NCBI GenBank assembly: GCA_002633005.1
Contig: NMRA01000436.1
Span: forward strand, 270,127 to 334,126
Direction of reading: 5' to 3'
Origin: Phoronis australis
Lineage: Eukaryota; Animalia; Phoronida
DNA: 64,000 nt
The stretch's first letter is position 1. Each line of letters opens with the position of its first letter. The position numbers and the translations under genes were made by a program. Of the stretch, positions 15,601 through 29,000 are shown one piece after another. The notes under the pieces are model-generated. The model ran no database searches and was not told where the DNA came from. It worked only from the letters and a program-made list of their open reading frames with translations.

Positions 15601-18600
15601 GTTTGTGCGTTATGCCGTCATCCCTCGTTCATCCATCCACCAAGGCGTCGTCTGCTGCTGTGTCTACAAAACCATCTGTTGATGTTCGTGAAATTATGCA
15701 GACCTGTTGCTATTATAAACGGAACGGCTATTTTTTATTATTTTCCATATTTATTTCTTTAGGACCTCACTAGGTGGTCATCTTTTAACACCTGATTACA
15801 TTCAGGACAGCACCAAGGGATACCACGTGACTACCTTGTTGCACAGAATTGGGGCAGGTGTACTGTTGGCAACCTAGTTTTTGTTTCTTATTTCAGAATC
15901 TATTGAGTTCTTTGATGTAGTCTACCTTTGTGATATTTGCATACGCGGACCACTTGGGGGAGCGCGACTGCCGTTGATTTATTCTCGGCAGATCGGAATA
16001 CTGTGGCGCCACCTTGTAGTAGCAATAGTCTGTACCCGGCTCGATATAAATCCAGGGGCTTGATGTCTCCACGTAGTTTTACTTAGGAGATTCTAATAAG
16101 AAGAACATGGCTGGGGTTCATTTTGATTAGATCTGCCTAATTTGCTGCTCCTTGTGGTACAGTGTAAATGGCGTTTCTTTGAGCCTGCCTCAGTATCTAC
16201 CAAGTTATTTGACGAATGTTTATGGGATTTGGCAAACTTATGTATTGTTAAATTGGAAAGGGAACAACTGACTTAGGTTTTAAACATGTGTGACTTGTAC
16301 CATTTTGCAATGTTGTTTGTCAAAACACCTACAAAACTCTTCGATAGATCTTCTTGAAATTTGACTTATGAACACGACTACCGAATGTGCCCCGCAACCA
16401 TATAAATATTTTAAACTGTGAACGCCTCTTGTATTGTCACCGTTTGACATTCACACGGCGCACGCATGCTGCTGTATGTGTCAACACCTCTCATTGCTCC
16501 AACTTTGTTATGTCTCTGACGGCATGAATGTCTCTCCATGTATCCGTTTCGTGAAACTTTTCTCTCTAAACTTAGACCGAAATCAAGCTAACTTAGGACA
16601 AAAATGTCTTAGCCCGGTGCCATGAAATTTCCCTTAAGACAAAAATTATGACTGAGAGGCTAAGCTACAGTAAGATTGAACGTTTGCAAGCTACGGAGTA
16701 GGCTCAACATTGCACTTTTGGTCTAAGTGACCAGAATTTGCGACTCTTTTTACAATAAATTTTGAAGAACAACTTTCGTTGATACATTTCCCTGTCTAAT
16801 GTTCCTAAATAATGTCAAATCGAATACGGTCTGTTTCGGTTCGAGAACCGGCGAAGCGACCTACACACGCAGAGACAATGTAGTGCGACTCACATGCACA
16901 TGTGAAATGTTTTCAGCCATTCCAGAGTTTTTGCACGAAAACGAGACACCAACTGTATCCAAAATATTGAAAATAAATCTCGCGTTTCCAGGCCAATATG
17001 ATTCTTGAAACCATATTTCACATACTGCTTCGCTTAATTTTGTAAATTTGCAACATGTGCCAAAAGCGTACTTCGTATGTTCACTTAGGTCAAACACCTG
17101 ACTTAATTTCCATCTAAGTTCAAATCAAAGACCAAAAACGTTCCTTGGTCTCATTAAATGGTCTTTTCTGAATTTTCATTTTGGGCTTAACTTAGACAAA
17201 CTTTTAGTCTGAAGACATAAGTCTAAAGTCATTTTTAATGAAACGCGCCACAGATCTAGTCATTCGTTTCATATATGTTTGGGCAAATGCAACCTGTCAC
17301 AACCATAACAAAAAAGATCAGGCGTCTACCTTATTGGGCACCAACGAGATTTCGAACTTCAGTTGGCGACTCTCGTAAAACAACAGACCTGGGCCCGGTC
17401 TCTAATCTTTGTACTCGAAACGAACTCGAAACTATTTTTGGCAATTTCTCTGCTCCTTTTGTGCGAACTTAAGATAATTGGTTATCAGACTGTGCTCGAA
17501 TACATTATAGTTAATGCATAGGAGTTTCTAATTCAGGTTTGCCCTTGAAGACCTTTATATTCGTGCTACAAACTAGAGTAAAAACTCGAAATTTCGAGTT
17601 CAAACTCGAACTTATTGCTTTAATATTGGGTTTACAAACTGTGAACTAAGGGCAATAAATTATCTACGTAAGTTATTGTGTACTCGAGCATAGAACAATA
17701 AACACTTATCTTGAGTTCGCCCAAAAGTAGAGTAGAAAATGCCAAACCTAATTTCGAGTTCCATTTCGAGTAAAAACATTGGAGACCGGGCCCTGGTTGC
17801 AAAAATATGTCCAAGTTATGATGGACTCATCCAAACGAACAACCGAAGTTGAAAAGGTACATACATTGGTTTACCCATTTGTCAACAGGCGGATCCGGAA
17901 ACTCGAGAAGCATTGGGTACATTGTTCGGCGCGAACTTCACGTTTGACGTCATCAGCAAAGAAGTTGACAAGGACGGAAATGGCGAGGTACAGTGTAACC
18001 AATAGACAATTTTAGTACTTAAGGTTTTGTGAGACACTGAAAAGTGTGAAGCTTTGGCCAAGTTCGGAACATGGCTGATGGAATTTACACGAAACTTACA
18101 GATACTATGCTTTATACATTTACATTCTACTCCACCATGCGGTCAACAATTGTTTATTAAAATCTTCCACTTCTGCCTGAGAGGCTATCATAGTAGGACT
18201 TACATGTCTATGGTTTTTATGATAAAAAATCAAAGTCGCATAAAACGAAACCAAAACTATAATTCAGATACCTGTAACACCGTTTTATAATTGTCTTGAA
18301 CGTAATTTGGTCACGCTATTGATCCTGCTGTTTTGTCATGAATGTAAGTTTCTTTTTTGAGTGATTTTTCTAACACGCTGTCACGTGGCCTGATTAGCGA
18401 CAGACTGGTATCAAGTCAAAAATCAAATTGTGCTGAATTTCTTCGTTTATAAAATATGACATTTGCTGGGTAGATATTTGGCTGAATACACAAACCTCCA
18501 CGCGCTCAAGGACGCTGAACGATTGTTTATGTCTACAATCCAGCGTTTTTAGAAGATCGCTAGAAAGTGTTTCTAGAGTTATCAAGTGACTAGGCATTAA

Positions 18601-20024
18601 ACCATGCTTTCTGACAAAAATGTTGATATGGGTCACTTGCTGTTGAAAATTGGTAAATGTGTCCCTACTGGGAAGAGCATGGTTGGGTAGTTTCAGGACA
18701 GTTTGATTACTGTGGCGCCCCCTAGTGGCAGTTTGCTTTTGTGCATCCGCATTTGTTTCTTTATGCAGTGTCATTGTGAAATTTGGCTAATGTAATTCTA
18801 TGAACGGGACAACAGATGACTACGGTTGGACGTATCTGCTTACTATTAGCATTATAGTATTTAGTGGACATGTTTGAAATAGGAATCATCCCGTGTACTG
18901 TATCTGCTTGTGCTCTATGCGAGGCACGAGGTGGGCTGATATCGACGCTCAGCGTTGCTCTTGTATAAATGACAATTTATGAAAATCAAAACATTTTTTG
19001 ACAGAAAGCAGTTATTTTATGCCGTCTTCCATGAATCTTTACTAAGAAATTTGGACTCTTGAAAAATCGTGTGATGTGGCTTTATTCTGATTTCAGATAA
19101 GCTTTGCAGAGTTCGTTAATTATCTTGAGAGAAAAGAAAATATCGGATTTAACGAATTTGCCAAGGGCGTTGCCACTCTTGAGATCTCGACATTGGCACA
19201 GTTCATCTCTGGCATAATTAATACGTGGCAAGTTAACAATGCCAGCAACTTACTGGGCGTAAGTGTTTGTCACTTGTCAATTTAGTGCTTTTATTGCCGA
19301 TGTGAAAACAAACAACATCGGGTGTCAAAACTTATGTTTGGTCAAGGCGATTTACATCTTTAGTTAGTTAACTTTTACTTGACTACGATTTTGTTAAATA
19401 ATCAACCATTGACAAGTAAACCTTACAAAACTGTGAACCAAAAAAATAAAATTAAATCCGGTCCATTCGTTGGTGTACATTCTGTTTTTCCTCAAAGACA
19501 CTTCGGATGACATCGCAATCAGCTCCCGGACCGATGAAAACTTAAAAAGTCAAAAGCCTAACTGCTCAAGATTGCTCACTTGGTCGGTCTTGGTTTCAGG
19601 CACATGCCATAAACCGTACTATAGGAGTGTTTACTGATTACATCAAAGCACTGGATGTCCACATGGAGCAACAAGACCTTGAATATCTTCATAAGGTATG
19701 AGTTGACTGCAAGTACACGTTGATGAATTAATCATTGTTTTACGTTATGTTAATATGTTACTACGGGTGGCTAGGTTTATTTATTTGTGTATTGAAAATC
19801 AACAGGCGTTCAGGTACATGCCCTATGCCTTCATTCAGTTTCTGCTCAATGAATGTGAAATTCCTGTTGCGATCATGTCATGCATACTGGTCTCAAGTGG
19901 CACAGAGTTTTCATGCGCATGTTTGTTAAGTGATTTGATTTTATGTTCACAGTTGGGCAAGATTGCCACGGTTGCGTTTCTGCGAGAACGCGTGCAGGAG
20001 ATGGAACGTACGCAGTCTGGATAA
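3690..20024 (+). CDS. Patatin-like phospholipase with two EF-hands (spliced, 5'-incomplete)
   Basis: Phase-consistent GT-AG exons: 3690-3834, 5295-5431, 5845-5980, 9223-9321, 9601-9704, 10121-10215, 12644-12800, 17889-17987, 19097-19258, 19600-19695, 19953-20024 (1302 nt, ending in TAA). Motifs: nucleophile GASGG (IAGASGGAVAG), AVRMSISIP, FVDGGVLCNYP (catalytic Asp), and EF loops DRDDSSTISMDE and DKDGNGEISFAE. The exon with the Gly-rich oxyanion motif was not found, so it probably lies upstream of the window. Confidence 0.9.
4983..5069. repeat. 43-bp tandem duplication
   Basis: Two copies of atttaatttgcactcctttgagaataagt(c/t)aaatttactagac. Confidence 0.8.
6003..7967. mobile_element. Non-autonomous TIR DNA transposon (~1.96 kb) in a patatin intron
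   Basis: Perfect 17-bp terminal inverted repeats: AATAGCGGAGTTGCAAC (6003-6019) and GTTGCAACTCCGCTATT (7951-7967). No intact transposase ORF. Confidence 0.65.
10742..12260 (+). mobile_element. Non-autonomous Helitron-like (HINE/pearl-like) element copy
   Basis: The 5' block 'tattgccgtcatc...gtccaggcgtccggc' matches the reverse complement of 30840-30925. It carries internal CCCCTAGTG(G/C)C units. A duplication of ~230 bp (11460-11692 / 11950-12182) spans the N at 11949. Boundaries are approximate. Confidence 0.5.
13619..14081. mobile_element. MITE-like element with CAGTGGCGGATCTAGG / CCTAAATCCGCCTATG ends
   Basis: Imperfect inverted termini. A related end (CATAGGCGGATTTAGGGGGG) occurs at ~33148. 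Confidence 0.45.
17392..17792. mobile_element. PIF/Harbinger-type MITE (401 bp)
   Basis: Imperfect TIRs of ~30 bp (GGCCCGGTCTCTAATCTTTGTACTCGAAA / TTTCGAGTAAAAACATTGGAGACCGGGCC) flanked by a CTG 3-bp target-site duplication (17389-17391, 17793-17795). Confidence 0.75.
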
Positions 20025-20759
20025 GGTTAACATCGTCCTTGGTGAATCCACGTGAGGAGTATAAGCTAGATGTTTACATCTAAACCTTTACACGCTATCA
20101 GAATACTGAATGTGCCGTAGTGCGTTGTTTGATTTGTGCTAAGGCTGATTCATGGCGAATCCTTTATATTTAATGCAAAATTATTTGAACGCAACATCCT
20201 TAATTTAAATAATTTAAATAAAAAATTACCATTTACACACAAGGATATTGGTTTCTTCTAGTTTTCCACTACCTTCTCAGTCTTAGTACACTTTAAAAGT
20301 GACCAGTTGCCCTCCAACACGAAGAAAGTTGGATTTCACAATGAGTCAGTCCCTTCAGTAGGAACGCACCATATCTTGGTATATGCGCGTGACTCGCTCG
20401 TAGCTCTTACATACGCACATGCGCATTAAAACTTTCTGCTCGCGGGAAGAGTTACATTTAGTCATTGTTGTATATTAACTTCGTTGAAAACACGACAAAA
20501 CTTTTTGTTTGAAAGCTTGACACTAAGTTGCTGGTAGTGTCGAAACAATCTCCCTTCTTCAGGTGTGCAGCTATATAACATAACACCGTGAGACATACAG
20601 TTGTACATGTAACAGACAAATTGTAAACACTCCCTATTTTTCGAGGCTGCATGTCTCATCATCAGTCGAAATAAACAGTGAAATACACGTGACAGAGGGA
20701 AGAGGGGCATACAAGCCGAGAGTGTGAATGCAATACACCGTAGGAAGCCCGCAACCCTA

Positions 20760-21791
20760 TCGAAACAGAGCCAGCGTGCGGAATAACCCTAACATTTTTA
20801 TAGGCAGTATTCCAATTTTTGGAACGACTGATTTCAAAAGCCGTATATGACTTAATTGGCCGTGACAAAGGCTATATTTGCGACTGCCATACCTTTTATA
20901 CACGGTTTCAATGTTGCCCTTGTATTACTCATTTACAAGGAATTCAAAGTCCAATGCTTCGTTCTTGGAATCATCTGAGAGCCAAGAGTACTATTAGGCA
21001 CTCAATTCTTTCCTGAACATATTTTTCGAATCTCCTCGGAAAATAAAGAGACGGGGAAAATTTATCAGTTATTCATTTCAAATTTTATTTCAAACCTGTC
21101 ACCGAATCGAAGTGGGATAAATTAACTTGGTCGACGCAATGAGCTAGATACACGATCTAGCTCATTGGCCGGTGATACTCAGTCTTGAAAAGAAATCCAA
21201 CCTGTAATTTACCACTGAACTTCTGTTGTAAGATTCTAATGGTTTCAATTCCGTACATGTATCATCCCCAGACTTAATGGCACAAACCCTTACTTAAAGA
21301 AAATAGGTGCAAGTCAAGCGTCTTTGTGTTTTTTCTGTGAGCAACACGAAGAAACGATTCTACATTTGCGTTGGGAATGTTCACTTGCTCAGGATTTTGG
21401 AGGTGTTTAGAACATGGATGATAAATCAGTGCGATGTCACTCTGGAGTTAAATATTTCTACCGTCTTGTTTGGAGATCCAACCTCTAGATTGGAAGTTGT
21501 AAATTTAATTCTTTGCTTATCGAAATTTCATTTCTAAAGGCAATGACTGAAAAAGCGCAAGTCCATATTTCAGTCATTTTACGGGAGGTTGGTGATTACC
21601 ATAACCTGGAAAAAACATTTACTATAATAAATTGGCGGCTGATATTCCAGACATGGCGGTCTTGTTTTTTTGCCTAGCAATTAGCTTTTGTAGGCTTCAA
21701 TAATGTTTCTAATCTGTTTGATGTACTCTTTAAGATTTCATATTGCTGTACATATATTACTTGTTGAATTAATAAATGTTTACCTAAAAAA
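20760..21791 (+). mobile_element. Degenerate L1/Tx1-type non-LTR retrotransposon 3' fragment
   Basis: Frameshifted ORF2 C-terminus: NPNIFIG.. and TNPYLKKIGASQASLCFFCEQHEETILHLRWECS (zf-RVT CCHC knuckle). It ends in AATAAA plus an A-tract at 21771-21791. Confidence 0.75.
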
Positions 21792-23027
21792 GTTGAGGAT
21801 GCCATTAATGGGTCAATAGGTGGCGCAACTTGTACTCGCCATGAGAAAGTGCGCAAGCAGACATTGCAGATTGGTGTGAGAGTTTGTTCGAAATTTTTGA
21901 TTTTTTGTACATGTGATATGAGGTATGTATCTTTCCTATGCGCTCGTAATATTTACTTCGATACCAAACCCGGTTTTGTCTGCCTCACTCCTGTAGTGAA
22001 TGTCTAAATCATTGCGGGAGTTTTGAAAACACTTGTTGAAAAACAAAATGTCTATAGTTAGGAGGGTTGAGACAATTAGTGTAGGCTGACCTGAGCCATG
22101 ACTCCTTTTACTGTTATATTAGTAAGTTATAAATAATTTAAGTAGGTCAGACAGTTTAGAATGTTTAATAAAATGTATTGTATACTACATCCATCTCGGT
22201 CTTTTAAGTTCGTGTCTCGTATACAAATTAAGAGGACTTGCTTCTATAGTTTTTTCTTGTTGTAAGAAATTATGATTGGTTAATGACACCCAAGACAATT
22301 TATTCAGACACAGGGGTGAAATTACCAAAATAAAACCAGCAGAGCATTTCTTTGTATAAAACTCAAGACTCACGGTGCGTGATATACGAAGCTGTTGTCA
22401 AAGCGTGAACTCAACTCTCCTACAGGGGGCGCTCGACTATTCTCAACATGCACGTGAGTTGACCCACTTAACAAACATCTTTCAACCACAACACATGAAG
22501 ATACATTGCAAGTTTTGGCGCCAGTTGGCTGTATCATTTTGTAGATTAATGATCAATCTTCAGTATAATTATAAGATCCGTACCTTTCATTCACAACTCA
22601 TGGGAATTTGAGCCACGAACAAAAAGTGGCCCCATACACCCTGGTCTCTCCTAAAATGGCTCCCTACCACGTGACCGGAAAATACTTGCGAGGGAATTGG
22701 ACGAGACCGACGTACTTGGCAGAGGATGCACATTTTGTCATTGAGCGGAGAGATCTGATGCCATATGATCAGTTACATGTACTATCTATTTCAGCAACAA
22801 TTGGCGGCAGAAGCGCGCATTATTTTATAGCTCGTTCGGCTCAGATTCAATGTCACTGATCGCCTTTATTCTTGTCCAAATTGCCTACAATCAAGTTCGG
22901 GGAGAATTGAGCAAAGCAAGCCACAATGTCACATTAATCACACTGACGACAGCGAAATTAATTCACAGTGCTGTGTTTGCCGCGTGTACCAACTCTTCTT
23001 TGCTAGCATGTAGATTATGACTTGGTC

Positions 23028-26000
23028 TCATATAGCAGATTCATACACAATTGACGTGCTGGATGATCTTTGGCTGATGTCACCTGCGCTATTGAAAGCT
23101 TTGTTACTAAACATTTCATCTGAAACTACTGAGACGTCAACCGTGTTCATTTCATCTTGTTTATTTTCATATTTCTGAAACAAAAATAAATTATTGTTGA
23201 ATTTGCATACTATACAATCTACCTTCATAGTTCCACCTGGGTGTTACGATTTTTATACACCGTATAATCGGTTACCAAACGAACTACTTTTATCCGCTTA
23301 AACTTGGGAAGGTCAGTGAAACACAAGAGTTAATCTACAAATTCAATTAAGTGGACACTTCCATATTGAGCGGTACTTCACTTACGTCTGCGTGACTGAT
23401 GCCACACCTAAACGGGCGCTTGATCGCCTCTGGGAGACAGCAACAGAACTCGTCCACAAGAGGGCTGATTAGCCGTGCATCAACGTGTTCGGGATGAGTC
23501 CTCCCTAAATCAAAAGACATAAATAGAGGGAGTATCTGACTACGCAGCGTATTTTCCTGCCTACGCTGTACTTTTGAGCATGCAGATTGTATTTGAGACT
23601 AGGATCAGTCTTTTTAAAACTGCTGTCATCAACAAAAGTATCAACTGACTTTCATGGGACATCATGCATTCAAGTGTGACCACGTGTTTGAGCACTAGTT
23701 ACTATGTAAAAGGACAGAGCGGGCCATGCAGCTTCCTCAAAACAGGTTGTTTACTAAGTCAGCGAGAGAGTAACTTACCTGTAATGAAGCTTACGACAAG
23801 TCCAACAACAATCACGATGAGTACCGCTGTGGCACTGTACCACATGTAAGACAAGGTGTAGAGCGCCGCAATGGCTGGCCTGTCAATGTAAGATGGGTTC
23901 ACTTATTGATTTATGATAAATGAGACGTTTTTGTTAACTTCATTTGTATCGTATTTCGCAAGAATGTCCATGCTTGGATTATGTCACAGGATCTGAACGG
24001 TGTAAGGCGTTTGCAGCACAACGTACGCAGCTCAGTTGCACACACGCCTTGTTGTTATAATACAGCCGGCATGTTCCGGTATGCGGATGGAAACACAAAT
24101 ACAAATCATCGATTGTCTTATTTCATGGCTCAGCGTAGCACTGAAATAAGTGGGCGGGGGCTGTAGCCCACCTCAGCCCCATATGGTGCACCACCCATGT
24201 CCATGAGCGCCGCAGCACTGAAATAAAGGAGTATAGCCCCCAGCCCAATATGGTGCTGGCACCGCCCATGTCCATTGGCTGTGCAACACTGAAATAAGTG
24301 TGGGGTGTAGCCCCCAGCCTCGTATGGTGTGCCGCGCCGCCCATGTATTTACACAGGTTTGGCTTGAAATTTATTAAAATATTCATGCATCGCCAAAGAT
24401 GATGTAGTGAGACTGCCTTGTTTATACTTTCCATTTGACAAACGCACCGCACATGGAGGATTCAATACAGGTGTGTACCTTTAGTAGATACAATTAATAT
24501 GACCACGAAAAAGCATTGACTTCATTGTTTAACATACTTATTAACAAACCTCTCTGCTGGAGTCTCTGTTGTAGTGTCCATAAACAGTGCTCCGGTTGAG
24601 TTCCTAAAGGTTTGGTTATCGCCGTTACAACCAATTATGGACACCGGTGGCTTAGGCTCTATAGGTTTGTAAACCTGTGCGCCAATTCCGATCCACAACA
24701 TCATAAGCAAACTGGTAAAATGACCCGCGTAGGCACCCTGTAAATTAGACATAATAGCCATGGGGCCAATTTCTCGAATAGGGCTATTGGGCGTCTGTTA
24801 ACTTGAGGATAAAATATGTCTACGAATGTCTGAGCCCCGTTTCACGAAAACAAGCCAGGACTGAAAGTCAACTCGTGGTAAAAAAATAATGTAGTTTTTT
24901 GACTAGACAGACGACAATTAAAACCTTTCGAGACACATTTCGAAACGTAAAAGAAAAAAATCCAATTTTAGCGATCGTAGCCACGTCCCTGACTTTTGGC
25001 GAAAGTACAACGACAACGTACAGCCCACGGTCTCTTCAAGAAACAAGACCCTGCAAATTTGACAGCATACAAGTCTTAATGAAAACTCAAATCACGGTGC
25101 TGAGGAGATACAGTACTGGAGGACCAACCGGTGTGTAGTTTTAATTTCCGATATCACGTCCCCTGTTGATCCTGACGTTATTTCAATAGTAATTTCTTGT
25201 AAATCAGCAAATCAAATGATAACAATTTGTTGACAATAACGTTATAATTTGTGATCGCTGGTGACGTCACTTTTGTTTTTTACGACACGACCAGGGTAAC
25301 CAACTTATCAGGCAACGGTATCTGATGTAGCCAAACGGATCCGAAAACAAATACAAACACGATCTCGCTCCATCATAAAAGTTTAAAGATCGGTTTAGGA
25401 AATGCATTGTGTATTTCAAGCTATACTTACCTTGTAGTTTGCCCACGGGAAGAACATTCCAAGGGAAAACAGGCCTAACAATGGTCCGCCGATTATTCCA
25501 AATAGCCCGAGGGCAGCTTGAAGTACACCGCCCATCTGAGCGGCGACGAAGGTCAGTGCGATGCAAAGGACTCCGTACGCCATTGCTAGAATAGCAATTT
25601 CATAATGGCAAGTGTTATAGCAACTCGGGCACGAATGCTGAGGTTCATTTTTTAGTTTAGTTGAGATAAAGGCGTCAGTTGGTCCTCCACATGTGAGTGA
25701 GTGGTAGTAATACAACTGAAAAAGCCGAGATACATAGGCACTNAATGAAAACTCAAATCACGGTGCTGAGGAGATACAGTACTGGAGGACCAACCGGTGT
25801 GTAGCTTTAATTTACGATATCACGTCCCCTGTTGATCCTGACGTTATTTCAATAGTAATTTCTTGTAAATCAGCAAATCAAATGATAACAATTTGTTGAC
25901 AATAACATTATAATTTGTGATCGCTGGTGACGTCACTTTTGTTTTTTACGACACGACCAGGGTAACCAACTTATCAGGCAACGGTATCTGATGTAGCCAA

Positions 26001-29000
26001 ACCGATCGGAAAACAAATACAAACACGATCTCGCTCCATCATAAAAGTTTAAAGATCGGTTTAGGAAATGCATTGTGTATTTCAAGCTATACTTACCTTG
26101 TAGTTTGCCCACGGGAAGAACATTCCAAGGGAAAACAGGCCTAACAATGGTCCGCCGATTATTCCAAATAGCCCGAGGGCAGCTTGAAGTACACCGCCCA
26201 TCTGAGCGGCGACGAAGGTCAGTGCGATGCAAAGGACTCCGTACGCCATTGCTAGAATAGCAATTTCATAATGGCAAGTGTTATAGCAACTCGGGCACGA
26301 ATGCGGAGGTTCATTTTTTAGTTTAGTTGAGATAAAGGCGTCAGTTGGTCCTCCACATGTGAGTGAGTGGTAGTAATACAACTGAAAAAGCCGAGATACA
26401 TAGGCACTTGCCGAATTCAAATCTTTTCTGTCGCATAAGAAGCATACAACGCATGTTATGATCGACCTATAGTTTTCGACAAGTTGAGCGCTAACTGAAG
26501 ACGTTTCTGTGCTGAGGCGGCCAAGACTGTAAAAAGCGACATGTCACAGTTTATTCAGTTTGTCAATTTCCTGTTGTAACCACTTGTACAACAATAACAT
26601 TGTGCTAGCTGTAGTGATCGAGCTATCGACAAATGGTTTCTGTAAAAAAATAAATGGTGTGGCAACAGAAATTCAGCGGCAGTACATGTGCCCTTATTAC
26701 GCTCAGAGTGAGGTCTTACCTAGAATCTTGGCCACGTATGTCGCTTTGGTATCGTCTAGACTTGGCCTGATGTATGGGATGATAATGTCCTTGAGAGTGA
26801 TAGCAGCAAGGGAGTTCAGTCCAGAGGACACTGTACTGGAAAAGCGACATTTTGGATAAACTTTTAGTGTGTGTACCATAACTTAAGCAGAAATGATTAC
26901 AGCATTATCGTTGCAGTTTATACTGTAAAACACTCTGTTTCACTACAGAAAGTGCAGAAATTCCTTCTCACCTGAGGGCGCCACTGAATATGCAGGCTAC
27001 AAACAATCCCGGAAGTCCAACCACAAACGATAACTTATCCATGACGAAGAGTGGTAGAAGCTGAAATTGACGATGACGTATAACTAACTGGGCATGAAAA
27101 CAGTACGATTCCAAACGGCAAGATAAACGTTCACAAGAGGTGTTATGTACCTGATTGTAAGTTTCAGGAACGTCGTGGAACTATAGGTGATTGTATTCAT
27201 ATCCGGTCGAGCACACTACAGAGGGAATTTCTGAAAACACCCTGGTCTGCTGGAGTCTTGAAGTGGCAAGCTGGAGTCACTTTCCAATGAACAGTGTCCA
27301 ATAGAAGAGTTTATCCCGGGATGATGGCCATTTTACAATGAACCAATGAGGTCCGTGACTCCGTTATCATCCGTCCATAAGCTATGCCATGTAACCAACA
27401 ACACTGAACCAATAGGCGGAGTCACAAATCATTGCGCAAGCACTCCTTTGATTCCTCGGTTGTGAAGTATGACGCAATACCTAATCCACCCACGTACAAG
27501 GCGGGTACGTTCCTCGGGAACGACATTTTCTAAGTGCACAAATGCTCAATGCTGAATAAATGACAACGTTCTTACCTACATGTAAGACTCAGGGTGGACT
27601 TAGACAATATATTTTAAAAGCTATAACGACGTTCTAGAATGCGTTCTCACTGAAGATGTACACTGTCGGTACCTTGTCTTGGTTGGTTGGCGAATTTGTA
27701 AAACTTTGTGTACCTGATCTGCGGATAGGATATCCTTGTTTGTGAGCGGGTCACATGTTCGATAGTTAGCGTAGATCGTTAAGCCTGACAAGGAAGTCAG
27801 TATCATCAGTGCTGTGAGTCCTGGAAAGTTGATCCACATGGCACTGGAATATAAGTGATTCAAATATTGTAGAGTACACTTAATCGTTAAGTTGTGTCGT
27901 TGGTAAATTACAAACAAGGATTTCTACTTCATTTTTGGAAATTTTAAGGTGTAATTGGAAATACAAAGAAAAAAATGCGCAAAGTTTGAATTGTTTTCAG
28001 TTCTGTGATGAGTTTTAGCGGTATTCGAAAATATACATACATTTGTGCATTCCGAAGGCTGGGAACTGTTAGTGCGCGCTGGACTTGCGCTTGGTTGACA
28101 CCGTACACAGCCAGCCAGGTGAAGGCACCGCCAATCACCAAAGACCAGACCGAGTGGCGAAGGCCGGGATCTGGATTAAAGCTAGAAGGGAACCAAGAAG
28201 AAGTCGACACTGACTAATAAAGTAATAAATCCGCAATCCATTCTTCACTTTGTTTTTCTCATAATAATGATAATGGCAAGCATTCATAGGTAACGGGATG
28301 ATGTGCGCCCAAGGTGCGATATCCATATGACCCGTTTTGTTATGTCGAACAAAGACGTAACAAAGGAAAACAATGGAAGTGTCCCATAGGCGATAACCAT
28401 GGATTCGTTTACGCCTGTCGCTTGAATTTCACAAATTAATCAATACCTTGTGATATTTATACGGCGTCATTTGGCATGGGCAAGCACAAGGGTACAGGTA
28501 TCAGTCGCATTGTATATATTATGAATTGCGGAATCATTGTCATTGTAAACAAAGAACAGCACAAAATTGTCCTTGTTCAAAGGTGGATCCTTTTTTGCGA
28601 AAATAGGTCCAAGTAAACTGAAACGACAGGTCTCTGAAAACAATTCTATAAAAAACGATTAGTAGAAAGCTGGTGATGAAATTTAGTATTGTAATCCTAT
28701 ACCTAGCAGTCTATAGAAATGAAACAAAAACGTACACGGTGTTTTTATTCCTAATGGCTGAAAGGGGGAAGAAACATAACGCTAAACCCTCGTGAGAGAC
28801 CGCCCCGAGTTGGCTGCTGGGGCAACTCGGGGCGGTCTGGGATCAAGCGGAAAAACCACAGGGTAAATCTGTGGTCGACGAATCTATTCGGTCGATTACA
28901 TTATATTGCCCGTGAAGCCGCTAAGGGCTGCCTGAAGAAATATGACTCGCGCGTTTGTATTTTCGCCTTTTTCAATGACATGTAAAAGATTCATCAACAA

